DNA from: Acidimicrobiales bacterium
Lineage (GTDB): Bacteria; Actinomycetota; Acidimicrobiia; Acidimicrobiales; VFJN01
Assembly: GCA_030681555.1 (NCBI GenBank)
Contig: JAUXRW010000038.1
Location: forward strand, 1 to 63,651
DNA: 63,651 nucleotides
Direction: 5' to 3'
The notes beneath the pieces were generated by a model, which saw only the letters and a list, made by a program, of their open reading frames with translations, made no database searches and was not told where the DNA came from. The translations under genes and the position numbers were made by a program. Positions 47,013 through 55,495 of the stretch are shown piece by piece (within the stretch, counting starts at the first letter, position 1; each line of letters opens with the position of its first letter).

Positions 47013-47536
47013 ACGGAGAACGTCCTCGCCCGCGTCCCAAAGGCCTCCACCGAGATGGTCGCCGCCGCGATCCGCACGATCTTCGCTCAACCCGGAGCAC
47101 GTCCGCTCCCAACTGACCGAAGTCACCACCATGCTGCAGAGCCAGTTCCCCGACGTCGCCGACATGCTCACCGACGCCGCCGACGACCTCCTCGCGTTCA
47201 CCGGCTTCCCCCAAGCCCACTGGCGCAAGATCTGGTCAACGAACCCCCTCGAACGGCTCAACGGCGAGATCAAGCGCGCACCAACGTCGTCGGCGTGTTC
47301 CCCAACGACGCCTCCGTCGCCCGGCTCGTCACCGCCGTCGTCGTCGAGACCCACGACGAATGGGCCGTCGCCGAACGCCGCTACCTCTCCGAAGAATCCA
47401 TGGCCAAGCTCTACGCGAAGCCCGAACCCGACACCATCGTCGAGGAGCCGCCCCTCGTCATCACCGCCTGAGCCACACTGTCAACGACATCGAGCTCACG
47501 CCGACGTCGAACTACACCACTCCGCGGGGCGTCATC
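47013..47536 (+). mobile_element. IS256-family remnant (3' part, two frameshifts, right end)
   Basis: NVLARVPK..MVAAAIRTIFAQP, IWSTNPLERLNGEIKR, VGVFPN, HDEW..RRYLSE; end CTACACCACTCCGCGGGGCGTCATC. Confidence 0.88.
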
Positions 47537-47688
47537 CGACTCGAAGCGCTACCGTCTTGCGCGACAGTAAGGACAAATGATAGAAATTTTTTCTCTGGAC
47601 GTCTTAAAGAAGAAGGTCGCAGACTCCCGGTCGGCGAACCCTGGGGAGAGTCGTCGACCGTGGGTCGAAACAGGAGGGGGGGGTCTCG

Positions 47689-49068
47689 ATGCGACGAACG
47701 ATGAAGGTGTTGGCCATGTTGAGCACGCTCGGTCTACTGGCCGCGTGTGCTTCCACCGTCCCGGGCGGCGCAGGTCAGAACGCGGCGCTCGCCACCCGAA
47801 ACCAAGCCACCGGCGGTCTTGGCCCGACGGCGGCAACCGGGCCCGGACAGACCTCCGGGCCCGGACAGACCTCAACCCAAGCTAGCGGCAACGACCAGAC
47901 TGCCGCAGTCGGTGACGGATCGCAGGCCGACGCGGCCGGACCTGCCCAGGCAGCCAGCGGGGACCCGATCAAGATCGGCGCGATCTTTCCAGTGGGCTCG
48001 GGTTTCGGACAGGTGCTCGACGCGAACGGGCTGATCGGCATCTCGGAGAAGTACATCGCCAAGATCAACGCGGAGGGCGGCATCAATGGCCGGCCGGTGC
48101 AACTCGTTTGGTACGACGACGGCTTCGACCCGACCAAGGGCGTCGAGCTCGTCCGCAAGCTCGTCGAACAGGACCAGGTGCTCGCGCTCGTGAACCCCAT
48201 CACGACCTTCACGATCGAAAACGCAGCGCAATATCTGGCCGACAACGGTGTGACCACGATCGCGCCTGACGGGTACCAGGCGATCTCGTACCAATCGCCG
48301 TGGATCTACCCGGTCACCAACTTCTTTGACCGGCAGGGCTACCGCATCGGCAAATACCTGAGTTGCGATCTCGGCATCAAGCGCGTCGGCGTCTGGAGCA
48401 TCGGTACCTATGACGGGTCCCGTCGCGGCGGCGATGCGATCGTGAAGGGAGTCCAGGAGTGTGGCGGCACCGTGACCGACCGCGAGGATGTGTCGATGTG
48501 GGAGGCGAATTTCACGCCGTTCATCCTGCGCATGCGCGGCTCCAACCCGGACGTCATTGCCTCATCGATGCACCCCCTCGGCGACGCCCTCATGGTCACG
48601 ACTGCCCAGGCGCAGAACTACAAGCCGCCGAAGGGGATGATGTTCCTCTCCGCCACGGCAGGTTTCAGCGCGATCGCCGAGGGCTTTGGCGACTACGGCA
48701 ACGGTTTCTACGCAGTCTCGGAGTTCGACGGCGCCTCGGTGAGCGCCGACAACCAGAAGTTCCAGGAGTTCGCTTCTTGGGCGCGCGACAACGGGTTCAA
48801 TCCGCTCGATCGGTTCCCACAACAGATGTGGGCCGGGTTGGAGATCTTCCGCACGGCCGCGACGAGCGCAGGGGCCAACCTCGACCGGGCGAGCTTCAAA
48901 GCAGCGCTCGACGCGCTGCCGGCATTCGATTTCGGCTTCGCTTGCCAACCGATCCAGTTCGGCGCAGGGCCCCACGACCCGAACCCTTGCCTGCGGGTGG
49001 TCCAGTGGGACGCGAGCGACAAGGTTTGGAACACGGTCGTCCCATTCGCTCCAGCACCGAAGCCCTGA
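47689..49068 (+). CDS. LIV/HAAT-type ABC substrate-binding lipoprotein
   Basis: Lipobox LLAAC, Thr/Gly/Gln linker, DPIKIG, GGINGRPVQLVWYDDG. Confidence 0.92.
   Translation: MRRTMKVLAMLSTLGLLAACASTVPGGAGQNAALATRNQATGGLGPTAATGPGQTSGPGQTSTQASGNDQTAAVGDGSQADAAGPAQAASGDPIKIGAIFPVGSGFGQVLDANGLIGISEKYIAKINAEGGINGRPVQLVWYDDGFDPTKGVELVRKLVEQDQVLALVNPITTFTIENAAQYLADNGVTTIAPDGYQAISYQSPWIYPVTNFFDRQGYRIGKYLSCDLGIKRVGVWSIGTYDGSRRGGDAIVKGVQECGGTVTDREDVSMWEANFTPFILRMRGSNPDVIASSMHPLGDALMVTTAQAQNYKPPKGMMFLSATAGFSAIAEGFGDYGNGFYAVSEFDGASVSADNQKFQEFASWARDNGFNPLDRFPQQMWAGLEIFRTAATSAGANLDRASFKAALDALPAFDFGFACQPIQFGAGPHDPNPCLRVVQWDASDKVWNTVVPFAPAPKP
47837..47872 (+). repeat. Exact 18-bp tandem duplication in the SBP linker
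   Basis: CCGGGCCCGGACAGACCT twice (GPGQTS repeat). Confidence 0.8.
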
Positions 49069-49071
49069 TCG

Positions 49072-50712
49072 ATGGCCGACCGCAGGCGGTACCCGGGACA
49101 CCGACGTACGCGATGGCTGCGGCAGGCGTACATCAGCGCGATTGCGTTAACCGTGCTTACAGTCGCTCTTGTGCCCTCGGTCGCGACCACGCAACGGGCC
49201 CACGCCGACGAGCCCACCGGGCAGCCGACGCCGCCCGACGCTGCATCGCTCGGCCCGACCGTCGGCGATGCTGCGGCCGTACGCGCTCGCTGGCGCCAGC
49301 TGAGCGCATCGGCCGATGCCTACGGCGTCCGAGCCGGCCAGCAGTCGGGCGTCATCAAGGTGAACCTCGCCCGCGCGTTCACTGAGGCGACCGACAGCCC
49401 GCTCAGCCACGCATTGGCATCCCCGGTCGATGTCGGCGCCGTCCAGGTGCTGCTCGGGCTCGCGCTCAACCTGCCGTTCCCGGTGTCGTCGGAGACCCTC
49501 TACCCAGCGGGTGCGACAGACCAAAGCTTCGATGACACGTCGCCCGGCGCAGCCCTCAACCCCTTGGTGCCGGTAGCGGCACGCTCGCTGTACTCGGAGG
49601 CCCACAGTCGGCCAGCGCCCTCCGCGACGGCCTACACCAGCTACGCAGGCGCCAACACCAAGGACACGAGCGACCTGCTGAAGCTCGCCTCGAACGCGGT
49701 GGTGTTGGCGAAAGGCACCGCCGAGGTCGCGCTCGGCCCGGTGGTGGGCGACGCCGCCCAAGACATCAGCTCGTTGATCGATCAGCTCTCAGTTGCGGCC
49801 GCACTGCTCGAGTCGGTGGGCGACATCGTGCAGGTCGAGAACGTCGCCTCTCGTTCTGACACCGTTGACACCGAGGACGGCAAGGTGCGCGCTGAGGCAG
49901 TCACTGAGCTGTCGGGTGTCACGATCGCCGGGGTCCTCAAGATCGACGCGATCCTCTCCCGTACCGTTGTCACGTTCGATCCGGCCCGGGGCGCCGACCC
50001 CTATGACCCTCAGCAGAGCACCTTCATCGGTGGGGCATCGGTGCTGGGCATACCAGTCAACATCGACCAAAATGGCATCAACGTCGCCGGTGCCGGCCTA
50101 GGTGTTACCCCCGTCGTCACGTCGGCGCTGTCCAGCGCGCTCTCGCAATCCGGCGTCCTCGATGTGCGCATCACCGCACCGTTGATCGTACGGGACGAAA
50201 CCACGGGCGCAGTGGACGCGACCACTGGGGCTCTTCGCATCAACTTCAACCCGCCGAAGGCGCTCAGCGATCTCGTCAACGTCCTTACCCCACTCGAGGT
50301 GGCTCTCGGCGAGACGCACGTCAAGCTCAAAGCAGTACCAGCTCCCGTAGCGCCCTCGACGCCCAGTGCAGAGGCGCCGAGCGGCGGCGGACAAGGCTCC
50401 GGGACCCGTCAACCGGTCGACTCGTCAGTGACCGCACGCCTCCCGACGACCAAGCCGGCGACCAGCATCGAAGTGACCCCGACGCGCCCATCGGCATCCA
50501 CATCGAACACAGACGCCACGTTACCGATTGGGTTCAGCGAAGTCGATGAGATCCTCCTATGGCTGCTCGTCATTTCCGGCGTCAGCTTGCTGATCTCGAT
50601 CGCTCAGCTGTGGCGATGGACGACCGAAGGCGAGACCGGCGCGACGCTCTACAGCCGTGCTGGCGCAGTTCTCGGGGAGCGCCTGGTCGCTGGCCGAACG
50701 ACACTCCAATGA
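49072..50712 (+). CDS. Secreted beta-rich protein with C-terminal membrane anchor (transporter accessory candidate)
   Basis: Signal QRAHA-D; GVTIAGVLKIDAI and IGGASVLGIPVNIDQNGINV; Pro/Ser/Thr linker; TM ILLWLLVISGVSLLISIAQLW. Confidence 0.78.
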   Translation: MADRRRYPGHRRTRWLRQAYISAIALTVLTVALVPSVATTQRAHADEPTGQPTPPDAASLGPTVGDAAAVRARWRQLSASADAYGVRAGQQSGVIKVNLARAFTEATDSPLSHALASPVDVGAVQVLLGLALNLPFPVSSETLYPAGATDQSFDDTSPGAALNPLVPVAARSLYSEAHSRPAPSATAYTSYAGANTKDTSDLLKLASNAVVLAKGTAEVALGPVVGDAAQDISSLIDQLSVAAALLESVGDIVQVENVASRSDTVDTEDGKVRAEAVTELSGVTIAGVLKIDAILSRTVVTFDPARGADPYDPQQSTFIGGASVLGIPVNIDQNGINVAGAGLGVTPVVTSALSSALSQSGVLDVRITAPLIVRDETTGAVDATTGALRINFNPPKALSDLVNVLTPLEVALGETHVKLKAVPAPVAPSTPSAEAPSGGGQGSGTRQPVDSSVTARLPTTKPATSIEVTPTRPSASTSNTDATLPIGFSEVDEILLWLLVISGVSLLISIAQLWRWTTEGETGATLYSRAGAVLGERLVAGRTTLQ

Positions 50713-50752
50713 TCGACGAATCCAGCGTTTGCGCTCGAGAGGGGATTGCTCA

Positions 50753-51199
50753 ATGACCGCCTCCCATTCGACCCCGGACCCGACCGACGGGGTCACGGAG
50801 GGCCAAACGACGAACCGCCGGCACCCCGGCATACCTCTGGATCGCAGCCTCACGATGCTCGTGCTTGGCATGGTGTCGGGAGCAGGGGGCCTTGTCGGCA
50901 TGTTCGTCTCGCTCAGCCGAGTCCGGCCCGAACCCGAGGTGTTCCGTCAATTCCCCTACCTCATCAGCGCGATCATCGCGACGGGCTTCTTCGTCGTCGG
51001 CGCCATCCTGGTGCTCGGCCACTTCGTCTGGCGTTCGTACCAGGAGACGCGGACCCTGACGCGCGAGTTGGAGGAAGCGGCGGCCGCCCTCATGTGGGAA
51101 CAGCTCGGGCTGCCAGCGGCGAACGGCTCACCGCCCGCGTCGGAGCCCGATCGAGGGGCGCGGCCGCTCACCTCAGCGCGGCGCAACACGGGTAGATGA
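50753..51199 (+). CDS. Small 2-TM membrane protein with QxPYLxS motif
   Basis: 148 aa; TM-EVFRQFPYLISA-TM then coiled-coil. Confidence 0.78.
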   Translation: MTASHSTPDPTDGVTEGQTTNRRHPGIPLDRSLTMLVLGMVSGAGGLVGMFVSLSRVRPEPEVFRQFPYLISAIIATGFFVVGAILVLGHFVWRSYQETRTLTRELEEAAAALMWEQLGLPAANGSPPASEPDRGARPLTSARRNTGR

Positions 51200-52059
51200 G
51201 CGAGTTCACCCAGTTCCTGATCATTGGCCTCGTGACAGGGGTCCTCTACGCGCTTATCGCTCTGGGCATCATCTTCATCTATCGAGGCTCGAACATCGTC
51301 AACTTCGGCCACGGCGGCTTCGCTGCCCTCGGCGCCTTTGCCTTCGTGTCGGTGTATGACAAGGGCAGCCGGCCCTACGCCCTCGCTCTGCTGGCCGCGT
51401 GTGTTCTGACCGCGGCCATCGCGGGGGTCGCACAACAGATCGCCATCCGTCAGGTCGTCGATCGTGATCCCATCGATGGAGCAGTGATCACCCTTGGCTT
51501 GTTGACCATCCTGACGTTCAGCATCGGGATCGTGTGGGGCGCCACCCCCCGCCAGATGCCGCAAGCCTTTGGCAGCGAAGGTATGACGATCGGCGACCTG
51601 GTGGTGAGCTACCACCAGGTCATGGCGGTCGTCATCGGCGTTGCCCTCTTCACCGCGGTAGGCTTCTTCCTGCAGGCCACCCGCATGGGCCGCGCCTTCC
51701 GGGCGATCTCCGAGAAGCGCCAGGTCGCACAGCTGATGGGCATACCCACCCCCGCGTACGACCTCGGAGTGTGGATGCTCGGAGGAGCGATCGCGGCACT
51801 TGCCGGCATCTTGGTGGCGCCCACGACCGGCCTCACCACGACGGCACTCACGTTCATCATGGTCAAGGCCTTGGCCGCCGCCATGATCGGCCAGCTGGTC
51901 AGCATCCCGCGCACGATCGTCGGCGCCCTGGCCATCGGAGTGGCGGAGAGCATGGCGATCTGGAAACTGCCAGATGTCACCGGCATCCGGGAGATCCTTG
52001 CCTTCGCAGTCATCACCGGAGCCCTGCTTCTCGCCCCGCGTGAGCGAGTGCTCGCATGA
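51196..52059 (+). CDS. LivH-like ABC permease
   Basis: YALIALG, VNFGHG, TRMGRAFRA, ALAAAMIG. Confidence 0.93.
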   Translation: MSEFTQFLIIGLVTGVLYALIALGIIFIYRGSNIVNFGHGGFAALGAFAFVSVYDKGSRPYALALLAACVLTAAIAGVAQQIAIRQVVDRDPIDGAVITLGLLTILTFSIGIVWGATPRQMPQAFGSEGMTIGDLVVSYHQVMAVVIGVALFTAVGFFLQATRMGRAFRAISEKRQVAQLMGIPTPAYDLGVWMLGGAIAALAGILVAPTTGLTTTALTFIMVKALAAAMIGQLVSIPRTIVGALAIGVAESMAIWKLPDVTGIREILAFAVITGALLLAPRERVLA

Positions 52060-54050
52060 ACCGAACTGACGAGGCCGAGTCGTCGGAGCGCACCTCGGTG
52101 GGCGAAGCACACCGGGCCCCGACGCAGGTCAACCCGCTATGGCGTCTCTTCGTTGCTCGCCAGGCGATGCGCGGAGGCGTTCTCGCAAGCCGGGGTCAGG
52201 CGATGCTCGCCACCGAACGGCGCCGACGCCAGGGCCTGCAGCGGCGCTGGGAAGGTGCCACACCAACGCAACGTCGAGTCTTGACCGCGGTCGCCGTCGT
52301 GGCCGCCAGCGTGTATCCGTTCATCGTTGACTCGGTCTGGACCTACGTTGCGCTGCTGGCCATCGTCGGCTCAGTGATCGGGCTCAGCTTCATCGTGCTC
52401 ATCGGCTGGTCGGGCCTCGTCTCGTTCGCGCAGGCAACGCTCATGGGCATCGGGGCCTACACCGCATTCCACTTCGATCGGGCTGGCTGGCCATTCCCGA
52501 TCGCAATCCTCGGGAGTGGTCTGGTCGTGGCCGCGGCAGCCGCGATAATGGGGATCCCTGGGCTCCGGTTACGAGGCCTCAGCCTCGGGATCCTCACGCT
52601 CGCGTTCGCGGGGGTCGGCGATGGGGCAGTCTTCGCGAACCGCTGGTTCACCGGCGGCGTCCAAGCGGGCGCAGTCCTGAAGCCGGCTTCGCTCTTTGGC
52701 ATCGACCTCGTGACGAATCGGTCGTTCTACTACGCGAGCTGGGCCGTGCTGCTGCTGCTGCTCATCGCGCTGCGCAACATCCAGCGGCGCAGCAGCGGAC
52801 GAACCTTTCTCGCCGTCAAGAGCTCCGAGGCGGGCGCGATCGCCACCGGCTTGAACCCATCGGGCGTGAAGATCGAAGCGTTCGTGCTGAGCGGTTTCCT
52901 GGCCGGGGTCGCCGGTGCGCTCTTCGCTTACTCGCTGCGCTCCCTTGCCGCCTACTCCTTCGCGGTCCCGGTGTCGCTGAACCTGGCAGTGGTCTCGGTC
53001 GTCGGCGGAGTGAACAACCTCATCGGGGCGCTCCTTGCTGGCTTCGTGTACGCGTTCGCTCCCGCGCTCGTCACCGACTGGGGCATCTCGGGCGACTGGG
53101 TGTGGATCGGGACTGGTGCGTCGCTGATCCTCCTGGTGATCGTGAACCCGACTGGGCTCGGCGGGTTGGCCGCGCGCTGGCTCAACCTGCCCGACCGGCC
53201 CGAGCCGATCGGACCTGTCCGCTCGGCCAGGTCCGCGCCGCCACGCGCCCGGCTGCTTGAGCACACCCGAAGCGACCTCTCCGGACGCGGGCTGCTGCTG
53301 TCGGTCGACGCACTCAGCCAATCGTTCGGCGGCGTCTCCGCCCTGCGAGACGTGTCGCTCGAGGTGCAGCGAGGCTCCATCACTACGCTCATCGGTCCGA
53401 ACGGCGCTGGCAAGTCGACGCTGTTCCGGGTCGTCACCGGCCAGATCAAGCCCGACCATGGCCGGGTGGCCTTCGCTGGGAACGACATCACCACCGTTGC
53501 GTCCCACAAGCGGGCGCAACGAGCGTTGAGCTGGACGTACCAGAGCAATCAGCTCTTCGGGGAGCTCACCGTTGCCGAGAATCTCATGGTTGCTCTGCAT
53601 CGGCATCGTCCGTGGGACATCCTGACCGATGCGGTGGGACTTCCGGCCAGCACCAGGCGGGAGCGTTCGCTCCGGCAGGAGGCCGACGAGCTGCTCGAGC
53701 TCAGCCAGCTCGGTGCCTTCCGAGACCGCCGTGTTTCCGATCTCCCCTTCGGGGCTCAGCGGCGTGTTGATGTGACCCGAGCGGTCGCGCTTCGGCCGTC
53801 GCTGCTCCTCCTCGACGAGCCGGCGACCGGCATGAACCCCGAGGAGACAGCGGACTTCGGCGAGTACCTGCGGCGGCTGCACGACGATCGGGACGTCACG
53901 CTGTTGTTCATCGAACACGACATGGAGCTGGTGATGTCGCTGTCGGACTATGTGTATGTGCTCGACTTCGGACAGCTCATCGCAGAGGGAACTGCCGCGC
54001 AGGTTCGGGCGAACCCGCGGGTCATCGATGTCTACCTTGGCAAAGGCTGA
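52056..54050 (+). CDS. Fused LivM permease-LivG ATPase
   Basis: GLVSFAQ TMD followed by GPNGAGKS, LPFG, DEPATG, EHDM. Confidence 0.93.
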   Translation: MNRTDEAESSERTSVGEAHRAPTQVNPLWRLFVARQAMRGGVLASRGQAMLATERRRRQGLQRRWEGATPTQRRVLTAVAVVAASVYPFIVDSVWTYVALLAIVGSVIGLSFIVLIGWSGLVSFAQATLMGIGAYTAFHFDRAGWPFPIAILGSGLVVAAAAAIMGIPGLRLRGLSLGILTLAFAGVGDGAVFANRWFTGGVQAGAVLKPASLFGIDLVTNRSFYYASWAVLLLLLIALRNIQRRSSGRTFLAVKSSEAGAIATGLNPSGVKIEAFVLSGFLAGVAGALFAYSLRSLAAYSFAVPVSLNLAVVSVVGGVNNLIGALLAGFVYAFAPALVTDWGISGDWVWIGTGASLILLVIVNPTGLGGLAARWLNLPDRPEPIGPVRSARSAPPRARLLEHTRSDLSGRGLLLSVDALSQSFGGVSALRDVSLEVQRGSITTLIGPNGAGKSTLFRVVTGQIKPDHGRVAFAGNDITTVASHKRAQRALSWTYQSNQLFGELTVAENLMVALHRHRPWDILTDAVGLPASTRRERSLRQEADELLELSQLGAFRDRRVSDLPFGAQRRVDVTRAVALRPSLLLLDEPATGMNPEETADFGEYLRRLHDDRDVTLLFIEHDMELVMSLSDYVYVLDFGQLIAEGTAAQVRANPRVIDVYLGKG

Positions 54051-54770
54051 ATGATGCTGCAAGCGACAGGTGTGTCCGCAGGCTACGGCGACCTCGAGGT
54101 GTTGCGTTCCATCAACATCCGTGTCGCTCCTCGGCAGATCAATGCCCTCTTCGGCGCCAACGGCGCCGGGAAGACGACGACATTGAGCGTCCTGACCGGC
54201 TTGATCTCGCCATGGTCTGGCACCGTCGAACTCGATGGCGCGAGCATGCGCGGGCGTAGGGCCGACCAAGTTGCCCGCGCCGGAGTCGCGATGGTGCCAG
54301 AGGGTCGCGGGATCTTCGCTCGCCTCACGGTCGAGGAGAACCTCCAAATCGGCGCGTACCACATGCCGCCCGGCGTCCGATACAGCGAGGAGCTCGACCG
54401 GGTGGTGCTGTTGTTCCCCCGGCTCGCGGAGCGTCGCAAGCAGATGGCGGGCACGCTCTCGGGCGGCGAGCAACAGATGCTCGCGATCGGTCGCGCGCTC
54501 ATCCGCCAGCCCCGCTTCCTCCTCGTCGATGAGCTCTCGCTCGGTCTGGCGCCGGTGGTCGTGGACGAGCTGTTCGCGGTGCTTCCCCGTATCGCGGCTG
54601 ACGGTGTTGGGGTCCTGCTTGTCGAGCAGTTCGTCGAGCGTGCGTTGCGAGTCGCGACCGATTGCTTCGTCATGGAGAAGGGGGCGATCGTGATCGACGC
54701 GCCGGCCGCGACGTTGCGTGACAACCCGGAGATGCTGCGCGCCGCGTACCTCGGCGCGGCGATGACCTGA
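54051..54770 (+). CDS. LivF-like ABC ATPase
   Basis: GANGAGKT, LSGGEQQM, DELSLGLAP, VEQ. Confidence 0.93.
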   Translation: MMLQATGVSAGYGDLEVLRSINIRVAPRQINALFGANGAGKTTTLSVLTGLISPWSGTVELDGASMRGRRADQVARAGVAMVPEGRGIFARLTVEENLQIGAYHMPPGVRYSEELDRVVLLFPRLAERRKQMAGTLSGGEQQMLAIGRALIRQPRFLLVDELSLGLAPVVVDELFAVLPRIAADGVGVLLVEQFVERALRVATDCFVMEKGAIVIDAPAATLRDNPEMLRAAYLGAAMT

Positions 54771-54880
54771 CGGCGGACCAGCGCCCTGTCTCGGTCGACT
54801 TCTCGGTTGGCGCCGGTCCGAGGCGCGGCTAGTCTACTGGCGCGACGGTAGAAGCAGAGGAGGGTAGGGTGGGACGAGCG

Positions 54881-55276
54881 GTGAACCCGGCGACGCTCAT
54901 GCGATCGCCTGGCTACTCGCAGGGCTATCTCGTCGGGGGCACGACGCTCTACGTCAGCGGGCAGCTCGGGACCGACGAGCACGGTCAGTATCCGGGCGGT
55001 GACGACGTGGCCGCGCAGTTCGATCAGGCGCTCAGCAACCTGGTAGCGGTGGTGCGCGAGGCTGGCGGCGTCCCTGACGACGTCGTGAAGATGACGTTTT
55101 TCGTCACCGATCTCGACGAGTGGTACGGCGCGATGGATCGGTTGGGGCCGATCTACCGCACGCATTTCGGGAAGCACTTCCCGGCGATCACCCTGCTCCA
55201 GCAAGCCCGGATGACCATCCCCGGGGGCAAGGTCGAGGTCGAAGGCATCGCCGTGTTCGGCTCGGCCCGAGACTGA
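54881..55276 (+). CDS. RidA/YjgF/UK114-family protein
   Basis: GYSQG, LYVSGQ, VVKMTFF, FPAITL, VEVEGIA. Confidence 0.9.
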   Translation: MNPATLMRSPGYSQGYLVGGTTLYVSGQLGTDEHGQYPGGDDVAAQFDQALSNLVAVVREAGGVPDDVVKMTFFVTDLDEWYGAMDRLGPIYRTHFGKHFPAITLLQQARMTIPGGKVEVEGIAVFGSARD

Positions 55277-55300
55277 CCGCAACGACGGAGAGGAACCACC

Positions 55301-55477
55301 ATGGACCGCCAACAGGAGATCGAGCTTCTGCACCGCTTGCTCGATGACGCGAAGCAGCTCGCTCGCTCGAGTGATCCAGTCCTCACGCTGGCGATGCCGA
55401 GGATCTCGGCCATCGCGCATGACGCCTTGCGGTTGGTCGACTTGGACTATGTCGACAACCTCGTCGCCGCTGAGTGA
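55301..55477 (+). CDS. Small hypothetical protein (58 aa, not in the supplied track)
   Basis: GGAGAGG RBS; MDRQQEIELLHRLLDDAKQL...; fills the gap between rid and the convergent E1 gene. Confidence 0.5.
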   Translation: MDRQQEIELLHRLLDDAKQLARSSDPVLTLAMPRISAIAHDALRLVDLDYVDNLVAAE

Positions 55478-55495
55478 GCCGCGCCGCCGACTGAG

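Noticed and set aside
47837-47872. Short direct repeats as CRISPR or regulatory arrays (also 35287-35320)
   Set aside because: In-frame, no spacers, and encode flexible SBP linkers
19249-54770. Calling the transporters livKHMGF branched-chain amino acid importers
   Set aside because: Family motifs are present, but divergent SBPs, accessory genes and the catabolic context do not support that substrate, so gene symbols are withheld
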